This document shows positions 1 through 8,389 of a DNA stretch of 64,000 bases, piece by piece. A model generated the notes under the pieces. It ran no database searches. It was not told the origin of the DNA and saw only the letters and a list, made by a program, of their open reading frames with translations. The stretch is from sequence record PZ386953.1, one strand, 5' to 3'. The translations under genes were made by a program, and so were the position numbers. This stretch comes from a phage. How positions within the stretch are numbered: the first letter of the stretch is position 1; the number at the start of each line of letters is the position of its first letter.

Positions 1-1
1 C

Positions 2-487
2 CAGCGTAATCATTCTAACGCTCGTGATCGTAAGCATCCGGATAAGTGGCTAACACCGCCAAATGATGGCATGCAGGTTGGGGATGAGAAGGAGATGTCG
101 CCTGGAAAAGATGGCAACTACATTCGCACTAAGGACGCTGGTCCAAAGGATGACAGCTATCTTGTAGATAAGGTTCTTGATGGTATCAATGTAGATGTTG
201 ACACTGCACGAAACCTTTTTCTTGGGTGGTATCGCACAGGTTTTTTCGACATCAAGGCTATTCGTCGTGTTTGTGATATTAAAAAGTCTGCATATGATGA
301 CGACTCGTTACATCGCACCCTGAGACAATATTCAGAAAGATATGGTCATCCGGTTATCACTCTTGACGATGTTAACGAAGTGATGTATCATGCAGAGGTT
401 GTTGCAGGAAGATTTGGTGATGCATATCTTGATATCCTTTCTGCAAAGGATGAGGTAATGTTAAATAAGATTTACTATGAACGCTGA
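2..487 (+). CDS. hypothetical protein, 5'-truncated at window edge
   Basis: Frame-2 ORF open from the first window base to the stop at 487; the track lists only its internal ATG at 71. Confidence 0.45.
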   Translation, partial: QRNHSNARDRKHPDKWLTPPNDGMQVGDEKEMSPGKDGNYIRTKDAGPKDDSYLVDKVLDGINVDVDTARNLFLGWYRTGFFDIKAIRRVCDIKKSAYDDDSLHRTLRQYSERYGHPVITLDDVNEVMYHAEVVAGRFGDAYLDILSAKDEVMLNKIYYER

Positions 488-686
488 GGAGCGCTTAATG
501 AACAACCCGGTAGCAAAGAACTGTAATAAGTTCAACAAGTCTGCAATTCACACTGACAGGAAAAAGAGCTGGTCTCCTGACATTGACGAGGAGCTTGAGA
601 GTTACTTTGAAGACCTGGTCACTAATGCAGATGAGGTTGCGATTAAAGAATACGCAGACAGGAAGGATAAGGCCGGAATCTGTTGA
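477..686 (+). CDS. hypothetical protein (69 aa)
   Basis: ORF whose start overlaps the upstream stop; no clear SD. Confidence 0.35.
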   Translation: MNAEERLMNNPVAKNCNKFNKSAIHTDRKKSWSPDIDEELESYFEDLVTNADEVAIKEYADRKDKAGIC

Positions 687-711
687 CAAAAATAGTGTTA
701 CCTGATAAGAT
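683..711 (+). promoter_or_regulatory. sigma70-like promoter TTGACA-17-TAAGAT
   Basis: -35 TTGACA 683-688, 17-nt spacer, -10 TAAGAT 706-711, upstream of ORF 763. Confidence 0.45.
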
Positions 712-762
712 CTGCAATATGATGTGATGCAATTTTAACTTACGAGGTCTACAGGTAATGCT

Positions 763-1005
763 ATGTTTAAGGTTAAGCTCGTTTTTCGTTCCATGAATGA
801 GGATTATTTAGAAGATGAAGGTGAATTTCGTGCACTGGATGATGCAATAGATTTTGCCAACGACTTAGCTTGTATGAATACTGGTTATGGGCTATGCTGT
901 TGGGATGGTGGTGTTCAGATCGGTGATAGCAAGATCTTCTACTTCTACCCTGAGCCTGATAACAAACAAATTAAGTATGTTTTATTTATTTGTGCTTTAC
1001 AATGA
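763..1005 (+). CDS. hypothetical protein (80 aa)
   Basis: ORF downstream of promoter-like motif; weak AGGT SD. Confidence 0.4.
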   Translation: MFKVKLVFRSMNEDYLEDEGEFRALDDAIDFANDLACMNTGYGLCCWDGGVQIGDSKIFYFYPEPDNKQIKYVLFICALQ

Positions 1006-1292
1006 GGTTGTTTTCGTGTATCATGATGAATATCCAATTTAAAGATGAATTTGATGGCTTTATCTCCGGATGCTTTGAAACAGGGTTCGGAGAAGGCTGA
1101 GTTCCCCTTAGAGGGCTTGATAGTGCACCACACTTAAAATGGCAGGGGCAGCCAGCACATGACGATGTGACCCCGGCCAACCTGTAATAAGGTCGAGCCA
1201 AAGTGCGGTAATGGGCTCTGGTAACCCACTTGTTGGGTCTTGCTGGTCCAGGACGCTGGACAAGTCGCAGGGAATACCACCCTGCGGCGAAC

Positions 1293-1321
1293 TTGACAAT
1301 CAGTATTTGCTATGATAAAAT
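1293..1321 (+). promoter_or_regulatory. sigma70-like promoter TTGACA-17-TAAAAT
   Basis: -35 TTGACA 1293-1298, 17-nt spacer, -10 TAAAAT 1316-1321, 28 nt upstream of ATG 1350. Confidence 0.5.
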
Positions 1322-1349
1322 CCACCTATCACGTGATAATGGAGGAAAC

Positions 1350-1688
1350 ATGGCGGATACAACTAAAAAGCGTCGCCGTAGAGGCAGACCTCTGAAAGAG
1401 GAGTCCAACGCCATTCAGCTAGAGAAGAACATCCTTGATATGAAGGAATCTTTTATAGCGATGGTTCCAGAAGCTCACAAAGTTTTAAGAGAGCTGATGT
1501 TGGACCCGAAAACCAAACAAAATATTCGTCAAAGCATTGCAGAGTATGTTCTTGATAAGGCAGACCGAATGCAGGAAGAATATGATGAGATGTTTGGTGA
1601 AGAGGAAGAGGTGGTAGTGGAAGAGGCTGAAAAACCAGCACCTTTTATGCCATTTACTACAGAAATACAGCCTGTTAGCAATAGCTAA
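1350..1688 (+). CDS. hypothetical DNA-binding-like protein (basic KKRRRRGRP N-terminus, acidic C-terminus)
   Basis: ATG 1350 with GGAGG SD at 1341-1345, in frame with track ORF 1230..1688; AT-hook-like RGRP motif. Confidence 0.5.
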   Translation: MADTTKKRRRRGRPLKEESNAIQLEKNILDMKESFIAMVPEAHKVLRELMLDPKTKQNIRQSIAEYVLDKADRMQEEYDEMFGEEEEVVVEEAEKPAPFMPFTTEIQPVSNS

Positions 1689-1697
1689 AATATTTTC

Positions 1698-1726
1698 TTG
1701 ACAAACTTTGCTTAACAGTGTAATAT
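1698..1726 (+). promoter_or_regulatory. sigma70-like promoter TTGACA-17-TAATAT driving tRNA cluster
   Basis: -35 TTGACA 1698-1703, 17-nt spacer, -10 TAATAT 1721-1726, about 60 nt upstream of the first tRNA. Confidence 0.55.
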
Positions 1727-1784
1727 TGTAAACATGGTCTCCCACCTTTTCTGGCGGCTAAGGTGTAAAAGAAAGCCACCCAGT

Positions 1785-1856
1785 GCCCTGTTAGCTTAGT
1801 GGATAAAGCAGCGGCCTTCTAAGCCGTTGACACTGGTTCGAGTCCAGTACGGGGTG
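1785..1856 (+). tRNA. tRNA-Arg (anticodon TCT)
   Basis: Cloverleaf read by eye: acceptor GCCCTGT/ACGGGGT (two G-U pairs), D-arm GCTT/AAGC, anticodon loop CTTCTAA, T-arm ACTGG-TTCGAGT-CCAGT, CCA encoded. Confidence 0.7.
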
Positions 1857-1863
1857 CCAAATT

Positions 1864-1947
1864 GGGGAGTTATCCCGTAGAGGTAGCGGTGTAGACTGTA
1901 AATCTATTGTCATTGCGACTCGGGTGGTTCGACTCCACCACTCCCCA
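1864..1947 (+). tRNA. tRNA-Tyr (anticodon GTA), long variable arm
   Basis: Acceptor GGGGAGT/ACTCCCC perfect 7 bp, anticodon loop CTGTAAA, T-arm GGTGG-TTCGACT-CCACC, CCA encoded, 84 nt. Confidence 0.65.
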
Positions 1948-2064
1948 CCAAATTTATATTTTTAGATGCATAAATAATACAGATAATGGCATTGATATTT
2001 ATCGTCGTTTATACTAGTCACTAACTGCTCGAAAATCAGTGTCATTATCAGTATAATTTATAAA

Positions 2065-2152
2065 GGAGGGTAGGGAGCAATGGTGCTCAAGCGGTCTTGA
2101 AAACCGTCCCGTTGAGGATGACTCGATGATGGTTCGATTACATTACTCTCCG
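2065..2152 (+). tRNA. tRNA-Ser (anticodon TGA), long variable arm
   Basis: Acceptor GGAGGGT/ACTCTCC, D-stem GAGC/GCTC, anticodon stem-loop GCGGT-CTTGAAA-ACCGT, CCA encoded; T-stem has one mismatch. Confidence 0.55.
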
Positions 2153-2253
2153 CCACATTGTTGACCTTGTAATTAAGCGAAAGCCGGAAGCAGAACCGGA
2201 TTATCAAATGTTACAGTCGTCATCGCCGACTAGCAACATGGTCAACATACTGA

Positions 2254-2350
2254 GCTAGGTAAGCCCTTTGGCAAGGGCGAGGATTTTTAATCCTGAAAAT
2301 AGACGAGGTAGTCGTTGAATACATAGGTGGTTCGATTCCATCACCTAGCA
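2254..2350 (+). tRNA. tRNA-like element, atypical (97 nt; possible anticodon TTT)
   Basis: Perfect acceptor GCTAGGT/ACCTAGC, D-arm GCCC-TTTGGCAA-GGGC, canonical T-arm GGTGG-TTCGATT-CCATC, but a ~47-nt middle with only a 4-bp anticodon-like stem (loop TTTTTAA) and an extra hairpin; no encoded CCA. Confidence 0.4.
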
Positions 2351-2357
2351 CCTTTTT

Positions 2358-2430
2358 GCTGATGTAGCACAATCGGTAGTGCAATTGATTTGTAATCAAT
2401 AGGTTGTAGGTTCAAGTCCTGCCATCAGCA
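2358..2430 (+). tRNA. tRNA-Thr (anticodon TGT)
   Basis: Acceptor GCTGATG/CATCAGC perfect, anticodon stem-loop ATTGA-TTTGTAA-TCAAT, T-arm GTAGG-TTCAAGT-CCTGC, CCA encoded. Confidence 0.75.
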
Positions 2431-2434
2431 CCAA

Positions 2435-2507
2435 GGCCCTGTAGCTGGAAGGTTCAAGCAAGCGACTCATAATCGCCAGACGGTGGTTCAATTCCACCCA
2501 GGGCCAC
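2435..2507 (+). tRNA. tRNA-Met (anticodon CAT; initiator/elongator/Ile-lysidine not distinguished)
   Basis: Acceptor GGCCCTG/CAGGGCC perfect, anticodon loop CTCATAA, T-arm GGTGG-TTCAATT-CCACC, CCA encoded. Confidence 0.7.
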
Positions 2508-2520
2508 CAAATAATAAATA

Positions 2521-2594
2521 CTCCGCGTAGCTCAGCTTGGTAGAGCGCCTGATTTGGGATCAGGAGGTCGAGTGTTCGAATCACTCCGTGGAGA
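2521..2594 (+). tRNA. tRNA-Pro (anticodon TGG)
   Basis: Acceptor CTCCGCG/CGTGGAG, classic D-arm TAGCTCAGCTTGGTAGAGCG, anticodon stem-loop CCTGA-TTTGGGA-TCAGG, T-arm GAGTG-TTCGAAT-CACTC, CCA encoded. Confidence 0.75.
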
Positions 2595-2643
2595 CCACTT
2601 TCAGTTATACTTTAAACATATACAAACAAAAGGAACCTTTAAA

Positions 2644-2913
2644 ATGTATACACTTAAAATTGTAGAGCGTGTAAATCCAACCCATACCGTAGATTTTCGT
2701 GACGATTTCAATCCTCTGGCTGTAAATCTTCGAGAGTCATATCATGAACTCAGCTGCGATGCAGTGGTGGTCTTTTTTGAAGACAACTCTGAAGGGGCGG
2801 TAGCTTGTGTTGTTGATAGTGAGCAGAAGTTTTATATTTACAGAGATGTAGATGCATACTTGATGAATGAAAACGCAGTTACTGTTAGAATCATCCACCG
2901 AGTGCCTCGATAA
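2644..2913 (+). CDS. hypothetical protein (89 aa)
   Basis: ATG 2644 with AAAGGA SD; the track ORF 2554..2913 N-terminus overlaps tRNA-Pro and is rejected. Confidence 0.45.
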   Translation: MYTLKIVERVNPTHTVDFRDDFNPLAVNLRESYHELSCDAVVVFFEDNSEGAVACVVDSEQKFYIYRDVDAYLMNENAVTVRIIHRVPR

Positions 2914-2965
2914 GTATTAGTCTCCTTTTAGTTAGTTTCGATCTATTTAGGTTACTCAATTTTAA

Positions 2966-3002
2966 CCCGCCCCGTTAGCTGTATAGCTGCGGGGTTTTTT
3001 CG
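2966..3002 (+). terminator. intrinsic terminator
   Basis: CCCCG/CGGGG stem enclosing AGCT/AGCT inner stem, followed by a 6-7 T tract at 2995-3001. Confidence 0.65.
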
Positions 3003-3018
3003 TTTCTGGAGCCTTAAA

Positions 3019-3417
3019 ATGATTTCAGTTTTAACATGGCTGAGCAGGTATAGAGGGATCATAAAAGGTTTAGTTTTTGCAGCTGCGATAGGTACAGCTT
3101 ATCTTGGGTCCGTGTATTGGTTTAACTCTAAGCTTAATGATGCCTACCAAGAAGGTGTGTCAGCAACAGAGTTAAAGTGGGAACGGATCCTTGATCAGCA
3201 ACAAAAGCAGGCCGACAAAATTAAAATGGGCCACGCAGAGGAGGTTAAAAACCTTGAAAAATCCCTTTCTGATCTACAGGATAAATTAAATATGGCTGAG
3301 AAGGCAGGTAAAGAAAAGCAGATTATTTACCTCCAGTCACCTGAGGGTAAGAAGTCAACACTCCCTGATCAGCTTATAGATATTTATAATGAGAGTATTA
3401 ATCAGGAGGGTAGATGA
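3019..3417 (+). CDS. i-spanin-like protein (Rz-like)
   Basis: N-terminal hydrophobic helix GLVFAAAIGTAYLGSVYWF followed by charged coiled-coil region; GGAG SD; overlaps downstream lipoprotein gene by 4 nt. Confidence 0.5.
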   Translation: MISVLTWLSRYRGIIKGLVFAAAIGTAYLGSVYWFNSKLNDAYQEGVSATELKWERILDQQQKQADKIKMGHAEEVKNLEKSLSDLQDKLNMAEKAGKEKQIIYLQSPEGKKSTLPDQLIDIYNESINQEGR

Positions 3418-3701
3418 GAGTTGCTACACTGTTTATTGTGTGCTTGTTATTATGTGGGTGTGCAACCAGCGTTGAGAGAGAATACAAGATTGACCCTCCG
3501 GATGTAGGAAGGTTGATTGTTAAACCCCCGGAAGGTGCCATGAAACCACCTGCTAAAGCTATGCCTTTGAAGAAAGGTGCGCCAGATGCAGTGAATTCTG
3601 GCATTATGAGGGATAATAATCTGTCTTGTAGCAATGATAGAGCTAAATTGATCATTTTGCAAGACTATATTAGAACACTGTTTCCAAAGGAGAGAGGTTA
3701 A
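3414..3701 (+). CDS. o-spanin-like outer-membrane lipoprotein (Rz1-like)
   Basis: Signal peptide with lipobox-like LLCGC, proline-rich mature part, AGGAGGG SD; typical partner position after i-spanin. Confidence 0.5.
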   Translation: MRVATLFIVCLLLCGCATSVEREYKIDPPDVGRLIVKPPEGAMKPPAKAMPLKKGAPDAVNSGIMRDNNLSCSNDRAKLIILQDYIRTLFPKERG

Positions 3702-5248
3702 TGTCTAAGATTTACGGACCGTGTTCTGAAAAGCAGAAGATGATCCTAGAAAACGATGCAGATATTTTGGTAATCGGCGGTGCCGCAGGGTCTGGCAAGT
3801 CGTTCCTCTTGCAGTTGATGCCACTTAAAATTATTGATGACCCCCACAGCTCTGTGGTTATGTTCCGAAGAACAACCCCACAGTTGGAAGGTGAGGGTGG
3901 ACTATGGCCTAAAGCAGTAGCTATTTACAGTGATCTGCCTGAAAACATTAAGCCAAAGTTCAGAGAGAAGGATCATAAGTTCATTTTTCCACGGTTTGAT
4001 CCGAACACTGGTAAGTGGGATAGAAGCAAAAAGGGAGCTGTTGTAAAATACTGCCATATGGAGTATGTACAAGATAAGCTTAACCATCAGGGGCTTGAGT
4101 ACACCATGGTTTGCTTCGATGAGGGCACGCAGTTCGAATGGGAGCAGATAGACTATCTGATGTCTCGTCTGCGATCTCAGTCAAAGTATCCATCAAGAAT
4201 GGTTATCAGCTGTAACCCCGATTCAGAACACATGCTTGCCAAACTGGTTAGATGGTGGTTGGACGATGAAGGGTATCCAGATCCGGAGAAATGCGGTAAG
4301 AAAAGATATTTTATCCGACGCGACGGTGAATTTATCTGGGGAGACTCTAAAGAAGAGTTGATAGAGAAATACACCACGGTTAACGGACTTGGCGTAGAGA
4401 TCAAGCCAAGACCGTTGTCATTCTCGTTCATAGGCGCAACAATATTCGATAATCCTGTCTGTTTGAGAGACAACCCAGAATACCTTGCTTTCCTCGAAGG
4501 TCTACCAGAGCTGGAAAAAGCTCAGCTTCTCCATGGTAACTGGTTTGCAAAGCCTGAGGGTGCAAACTATTTTCAAAGATCTTTCCTTCGTGATGCCGAT
4601 AGAGTACCTCTTGGGTCAGTATCTTGCAGGGCATGGGATAAGGCAGGAACCGAGAGAACTTCCGGTAATAAATTTCCTGACTTTACTGCCAGTATTAAGG
4701 TAAGTAAAGATAGCGACGGCTTTTATTACCTGTCCGGTGATTATTGTCCTGAGAACGTGGATGACGGGAGGTATTCCACAGGTCTGGAAGGCAAGTTCTG
4801 TAAAAAGGCTGGTGAACGAGATGTGATCATCAGGAAACAGGCGCAGTTCGATGGTGATGATTGCATAATCGTCTTCTCTGTGGACCCAGGGCAGGCAGGT
4901 AAGAGTGAGTTCTTAACCTCCTCCAGATCCTTGCTTGCCGAAGGGTTCAGGGTTGAAGAAGACCCAATGCCTTCCAACAAGTCTAAACTGACAAGGTTCT
5001 CACCTTTTGCCAATCTTGCCCAACAAGGAATGGTGAGGATTGTAAAATCCAGTTTCCATCCTGATACTCTGGAAGCATTTCTGACTGAACTTGAAAAATT
5101 CAACGGGGAAAGATCAACATTTAACAGAAAAGACGACTGGGCCGACTGTGTAGCTTCTGCGATTAATTTCCTAGAGAAAGAGGAGGTAGCACTTCCTTGT
5201 GTGATTCCATCAATCTCATCACCTTCTATGTTCAAGCGTTTTATCTAA
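3701..5248 (+). CDS. terminase large subunit
   Basis: Walker A VIGGAAGSGKS, Walker B-like MVCFDEGTQF, ISCNP motif, C-terminal nuclease-sized domain; 515 aa. Confidence 0.85.
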   Translation: MSKIYGPCSEKQKMILENDADILVIGGAAGSGKSFLLQLMPLKIIDDPHSSVVMFRRTTPQLEGEGGLWPKAVAIYSDLPENIKPKFREKDHKFIFPRFDPNTGKWDRSKKGAVVKYCHMEYVQDKLNHQGLEYTMVCFDEGTQFEWEQIDYLMSRLRSQSKYPSRMVISCNPDSEHMLAKLVRWWLDDEGYPDPEKCGKKRYFIRRDGEFIWGDSKEELIEKYTTVNGLGVEIKPRPLSFSFIGATIFDNPVCLRDNPEYLAFLEGLPELEKAQLLHGNWFAKPEGANYFQRSFLRDADRVPLGSVSCRAWDKAGTERTSGNKFPDFTASIKVSKDSDGFYYLSGDYCPENVDDGRYSTGLEGKFCKKAGERDVIIRKQAQFDGDDCIIVFSVDPGQAGKSEFLTSSRSLLAEGFRVEEDPMPSNKSKLTRFSPFANLAQQGMVRIVKSSFHPDTLEAFLTELEKFNGERSTFNRKDDWADCVASAINFLEKEEVALPCVIPSISSPSMFKRFI

Positions 5249-5251
5249 GTG

Positions 5252-5280
5252 TTGCCAATCTTAATTAGATGTGGTACAAT
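5252..5280 (+). promoter_or_regulatory. sigma70-like promoter TTGCCA-17-TACAAT with TGG extended -10
   Basis: -35 TTGCCA 5252-5257, 17-nt spacer ending TGG, -10 TACAAT 5275-5280. Confidence 0.45.
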
Positions 5281-5297
5281 AAAGTAATTGGAGATAC

Positions 5298-5324
5298 TAG
5301 CCCTCTGACGAGGGCTATTTTGTT
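5298..5324 (+). terminator. terminator-like hairpin with T tract between promoter and portal gene
   Basis: TAGCCCTC-TGAC-GAGGGCTA stem-loop followed by TTTTGTT. Confidence 0.45.
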
Positions 5325-5348
5325 ATACTGTTTTGAGGGGTAAAGCTT

Positions 5349-6905
5349 GTGTCCAAAAAGAACCGCAGGAAACACAACGCCACAGCCAAAACTGTGAATA
5401 AATCTGGGAACGCAGGCGCACCAACTCATAATGTTCGTATGAGTGAGATCGGTTCTGGCGCACTTTCCCAAATTATGGCAGAATCGCAATCTATGATGGT
5501 TGAGGAATTGCGTTGGCCTCAGCTGATTGCCACAGTGGAGACTATGAAATGTGATTCCACAGTTGCTACTGCCTTAGATACAAAATATGTTTTCATCACG
5601 AAAGCATTCAATGATTTTAAGATCCTTTATAATGTTAAAAGTGAAGACTCTAAGAAAGCTGCCGAGCTTATAGAGTATTCTTTGCGTAATTTGGCAAACC
5701 AACAAACTCTTCGAGATATTGCAAGAAGCGCAGCTACCTTTAACGAGTATGGTTTTTCACTGTTTGAGAAAGTATACCGCAGAGAGAAAGAAGGTAAATA
5801 TGCCGGGATGCTTCTTATCGATAAAATTGCATTCCGACCTCAGGCCAGCCTGTCCAGATCAGAGCCGTTTGTTTTTGATAAGAATAGCAGAACACTGACA
5901 GGTATTTATCAGTCACCTAATGCATTTCTAAACACTCAGAATGCACGCTGGGCTGGACCTCTTGCTGCAATGCCTTCAAAAGGCTTTAATGAGCCTGAAA
6001 TTTTCATCCCTGCTAAAAAGCTTATGCTCATGACCCTGTCAGGAACAGAATCTAACCCTGCAGGTGTGTCACCTATGATAGGTTGCTACAGATCTTTCCG
6101 TGAGAAAGTTCTGATTGAAAACCTTGAGGTTGTTGGCTGTTCCAAAGACCTTGGTGGTGTGCTTGAGCTGAAAATTCCTTCCAATATTTTGAACAAGGCC
6201 AGCATTGACCCGAATTCAATGGAAGGGAGAATGGTTGCAGACCTTATGCTTGACGCAGCAAACGCCCATAGTGGTGAGCAAAGTTTCTTTATACTTCCGT
6301 CTGATAGAGATAAGTCTGGTAAAGAGCTTTACTCCATGACCCTGAAGGGGGTTGACGGTATGGGTAAGCAGTATTCCACTAAAGATTTGATTGATGCCCG
6401 TAAGAAGGCGATTCTTGACCGTTTCGGTGCTGGCTTTATTAACCTCGGTAACGATAACGTTGGATCCTTCTCTCTGTCTGAGTCAAAACAGTCTATCCAT
6501 GGTCATTTTGTTCAGCGTGATATAGATATTATCACTGAAGCCTTCAATAAGGATCTTATTCCACAGCTTCTGGCATTGAATGGTATCATCCTTGAAGATG
6601 ATGATATGCCTAAACTGAAACCTGGTCTGATTGAAGAAGTGGATATGGAGAGCTTCTCCAAGTTTGTCCAGAGGATCGGTGCTGTAGGTTACTTGCCAAA
6701 AACTCCTGCAGTAATTAATAAGATTCTTGAAGTAGGCGGGTTTGATGAAAGATTTGACGAGGACATGGATCAGGAAGAGCTGATGAAGCTCTTGGGCCAG
6801 GACATCAGTAGAGCTGGTGATGGAATGGCTGCAGGATCCACTGGCAACGGCACTTCTAAGATATCATCAACCAGAGATAATTCCATATCCAACATGGAAA
6901 ATTAA
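5349..6905 (+). CDS. portal protein
   Basis: 518-aa ORF (GTG start, GAGGGG SD) immediately downstream of terminase; size and position typical of portal. Confidence 0.65.
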   Translation: MSKKNRRKHNATAKTVNKSGNAGAPTHNVRMSEIGSGALSQIMAESQSMMVEELRWPQLIATVETMKCDSTVATALDTKYVFITKAFNDFKILYNVKSEDSKKAAELIEYSLRNLANQQTLRDIARSAATFNEYGFSLFEKVYRREKEGKYAGMLLIDKIAFRPQASLSRSEPFVFDKNSRTLTGIYQSPNAFLNTQNARWAGPLAAMPSKGFNEPEIFIPAKKLMLMTLSGTESNPAGVSPMIGCYRSFREKVLIENLEVVGCSKDLGGVLELKIPSNILNKASIDPNSMEGRMVADLMLDAANAHSGEQSFFILPSDRDKSGKELYSMTLKGVDGMGKQYSTKDLIDARKKAILDRFGAGFINLGNDNVGSFSLSESKQSIHGHFVQRDIDIITEAFNKDLIPQLLALNGIILEDDDMPKLKPGLIEEVDMESFSKFVQRIGAVGYLPKTPAVINKILEVGGFDERFDEDMDQEELMKLLGQDISRAGDGMAAGSTGNGTSKISSTRDNSISNMEN

Positions 6906-6972
6906 AAATTATCAACACAGGGGGTTGCAAAACCTCCTTTGGCGTGATAAAATAATCCACATGGGGAATAAG

Positions 6973-7392
6973 ATGCCACAGGAAGAAATGATTTCCTACG
7001 AAATCATCTACGAGCCTGACACTAAAGATGCTCACGGTGAGTGGATGAGTAAAGACACCATCAAAAAGGCTAAAGATAACTGGGACGCAGCATACGCTGC
7101 AGGCCTAGTTTCTGAAAACCTTTTCCACTTGACCTCTACAGATGCTTTCACTATTGAAAAGACGTGGATTCAAGAAGAGTTTGATGTTGTAGTAATTGGC
7201 ACTGAGCAGGTCATCAAGGCTGGCTCTTGGGTTGCTAAAGTTAAATACAATAATCCTGAATTATGGGAAGCTAAGAAGGCTGGCATTGTTGGTGGCCTAA
7301 GCATTCAGGCAACAGGTAATGTTGATGAAGAAACTGGTGAAATTACCAACGTAAACTTCGGGATCAGTGTTGTAGAAGAGGGCAATGAATAA
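6973..7392 (+). CDS. putative prohead protease or head morphogenesis protein
   Basis: 139-aa ORF between portal and scaffold; weak resemblance to HK97-type protease motifs (AHGEW, G-x-S); start chosen at ATG 6973 after GGGG, ATG 6961 also possible. Confidence 0.35.
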   Translation: MPQEEMISYEIIYEPDTKDAHGEWMSKDTIKKAKDNWDAAYAAGLVSENLFHLTSTDAFTIEKTWIQEEFDVVVIGTEQVIKAGSWVAKVKYNNPELWEAKKAGIVGGLSIQATGNVDEETGEITNVNFGISVVEEGNE

Positions 7393-8369
7393 TGTCTGAA
7401 AAAACGATTACTATTAAAGAGAAGGGGATTGCCCTGTGCCATAAGGCGCAAGGCTATAGCGCTAACAACAGACCTGTATCTCTTTTGATGAAGAGTGATC
7501 TTAAGCCTGAGCAGTTAACAGACGATATTGTTAAGGCACTTCGCCAAGTTACTGTGGAGCTTAGTTTTGAAGAATACCTGCGTCGTTTCTTCGATATGTG
7601 GTATGATGATGCTAAAGCACTTGCACACATGCTTGGTTTTGAGATTGAAGAGGAGGCTTGGGCTAAAGAGCATCCTGATTGGGAATGGGCGCAAGCTGAC
7701 GCAGAGTCTTGTATTGCATGGCTGGAAGAGCGTTGTGATAACGTGACCATTCATAAGGCTGCAAAAGAAGGCAAGCAGCTTAGTGTGGTAGATCAGTACA
7801 GCCTGTTAAAAACACAACAGATTTTTGAACAAGTAACCGCTGATCTCTTCGATAAAGAAGGGAACCTGATCAAGGCGGTACAGGAACCTGCTGAGGTGGA
7901 TAAAACTACCGAGGTGGATGATGTTGCAAAATCCGCAAATACCGAGGAGAATCCGGTGGACGTAACCAAAACTAAAGAGTATCTGGATCTGCTGAAGCAA
8001 GTAGAAGAGCTGAAAGCAACCCAGAGTAAAGCTGAAGAAATCATCAAGGCCCAGGTTGAAGTTGAAAAAGCTAAAATGCTGACTAAGGCTCAAGCTTTAA
8101 GCTTTGTTGGTGAAGAAGATCACGCAACCCTGGTTGACTTCATGCTGGAAAAAGCTAACGAACCTATCGTAGCTATGCTGGAGAAAGCTCAAGCAAAAAT
8201 TGAAGAGCTGGAAGCAGAGGTGCATAAAACTAAAGAAGAGTTTGCCACCACTGAACATGGTAATGATGGCGAACCTGTTGTGGATGATATTGCAAAATCC
8301 GCAGAAGAAATTCTTGCTGAAAACGTTGCAAAAGCACTTGCTCGTGCACGTGCAGAATCTAACAAATAA
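7392..8369 (+). CDS. capsid scaffolding protein
   Basis: 325-aa highly acidic, helical/coiled-coil-rich protein between protease-position gene and capsid gene; start overlaps upstream stop. Confidence 0.55.
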   Translation: MSEKTITIKEKGIALCHKAQGYSANNRPVSLLMKSDLKPEQLTDDIVKALRQVTVELSFEEYLRRFFDMWYDDAKALAHMLGFEIEEEAWAKEHPDWEWAQADAESCIAWLEERCDNVTIHKAAKEGKQLSVVDQYSLLKTQQIFEQVTADLFDKEGNLIKAVQEPAEVDKTTEVDDVAKSANTEENPVDVTKTKEYLDLLKQVEELKATQSKAEEIIKAQVEVEKAKMLTKAQALSFVGEEDHATLVDFMLEKANEPIVAMLEKAQAKIEELEAEVHKTKEEFATTEHGNDGEPVVDDIAKSAEEILAENVAKALARARAESNK

Positions 8370-8389
8370 GACATTAACGGGGGAAATAA

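Noticed and set aside
1006-1292. tmRNA or additional tRNA in the structured noncoding stretch
   Set aside because: No tRNA-like acceptor/T-arm ending in CCA and no GTTCGA-type T-loop could be found by eye; kept only as an unclassified structured region.
945-1325. Four overlapping 62-71-aa minus-strand ORFs in the GC-richer noncoding stretch
   Set aside because: Mutually overlapping, low-complexity translations, no SD; more likely a by-product of GC-rich structured DNA.
1230-1349. N-terminal extension of track ORF 1230..1688
   Set aside because: Would run through the promoter at 1293..1321; ATG 1350 has a GGAGG SD.
2554-2643. N-terminal extension of track ORF 2554..2913
   Set aside because: Overlaps tRNA-Pro (2521..2594); a downstream ATG at 2644 with an SD is the better start.
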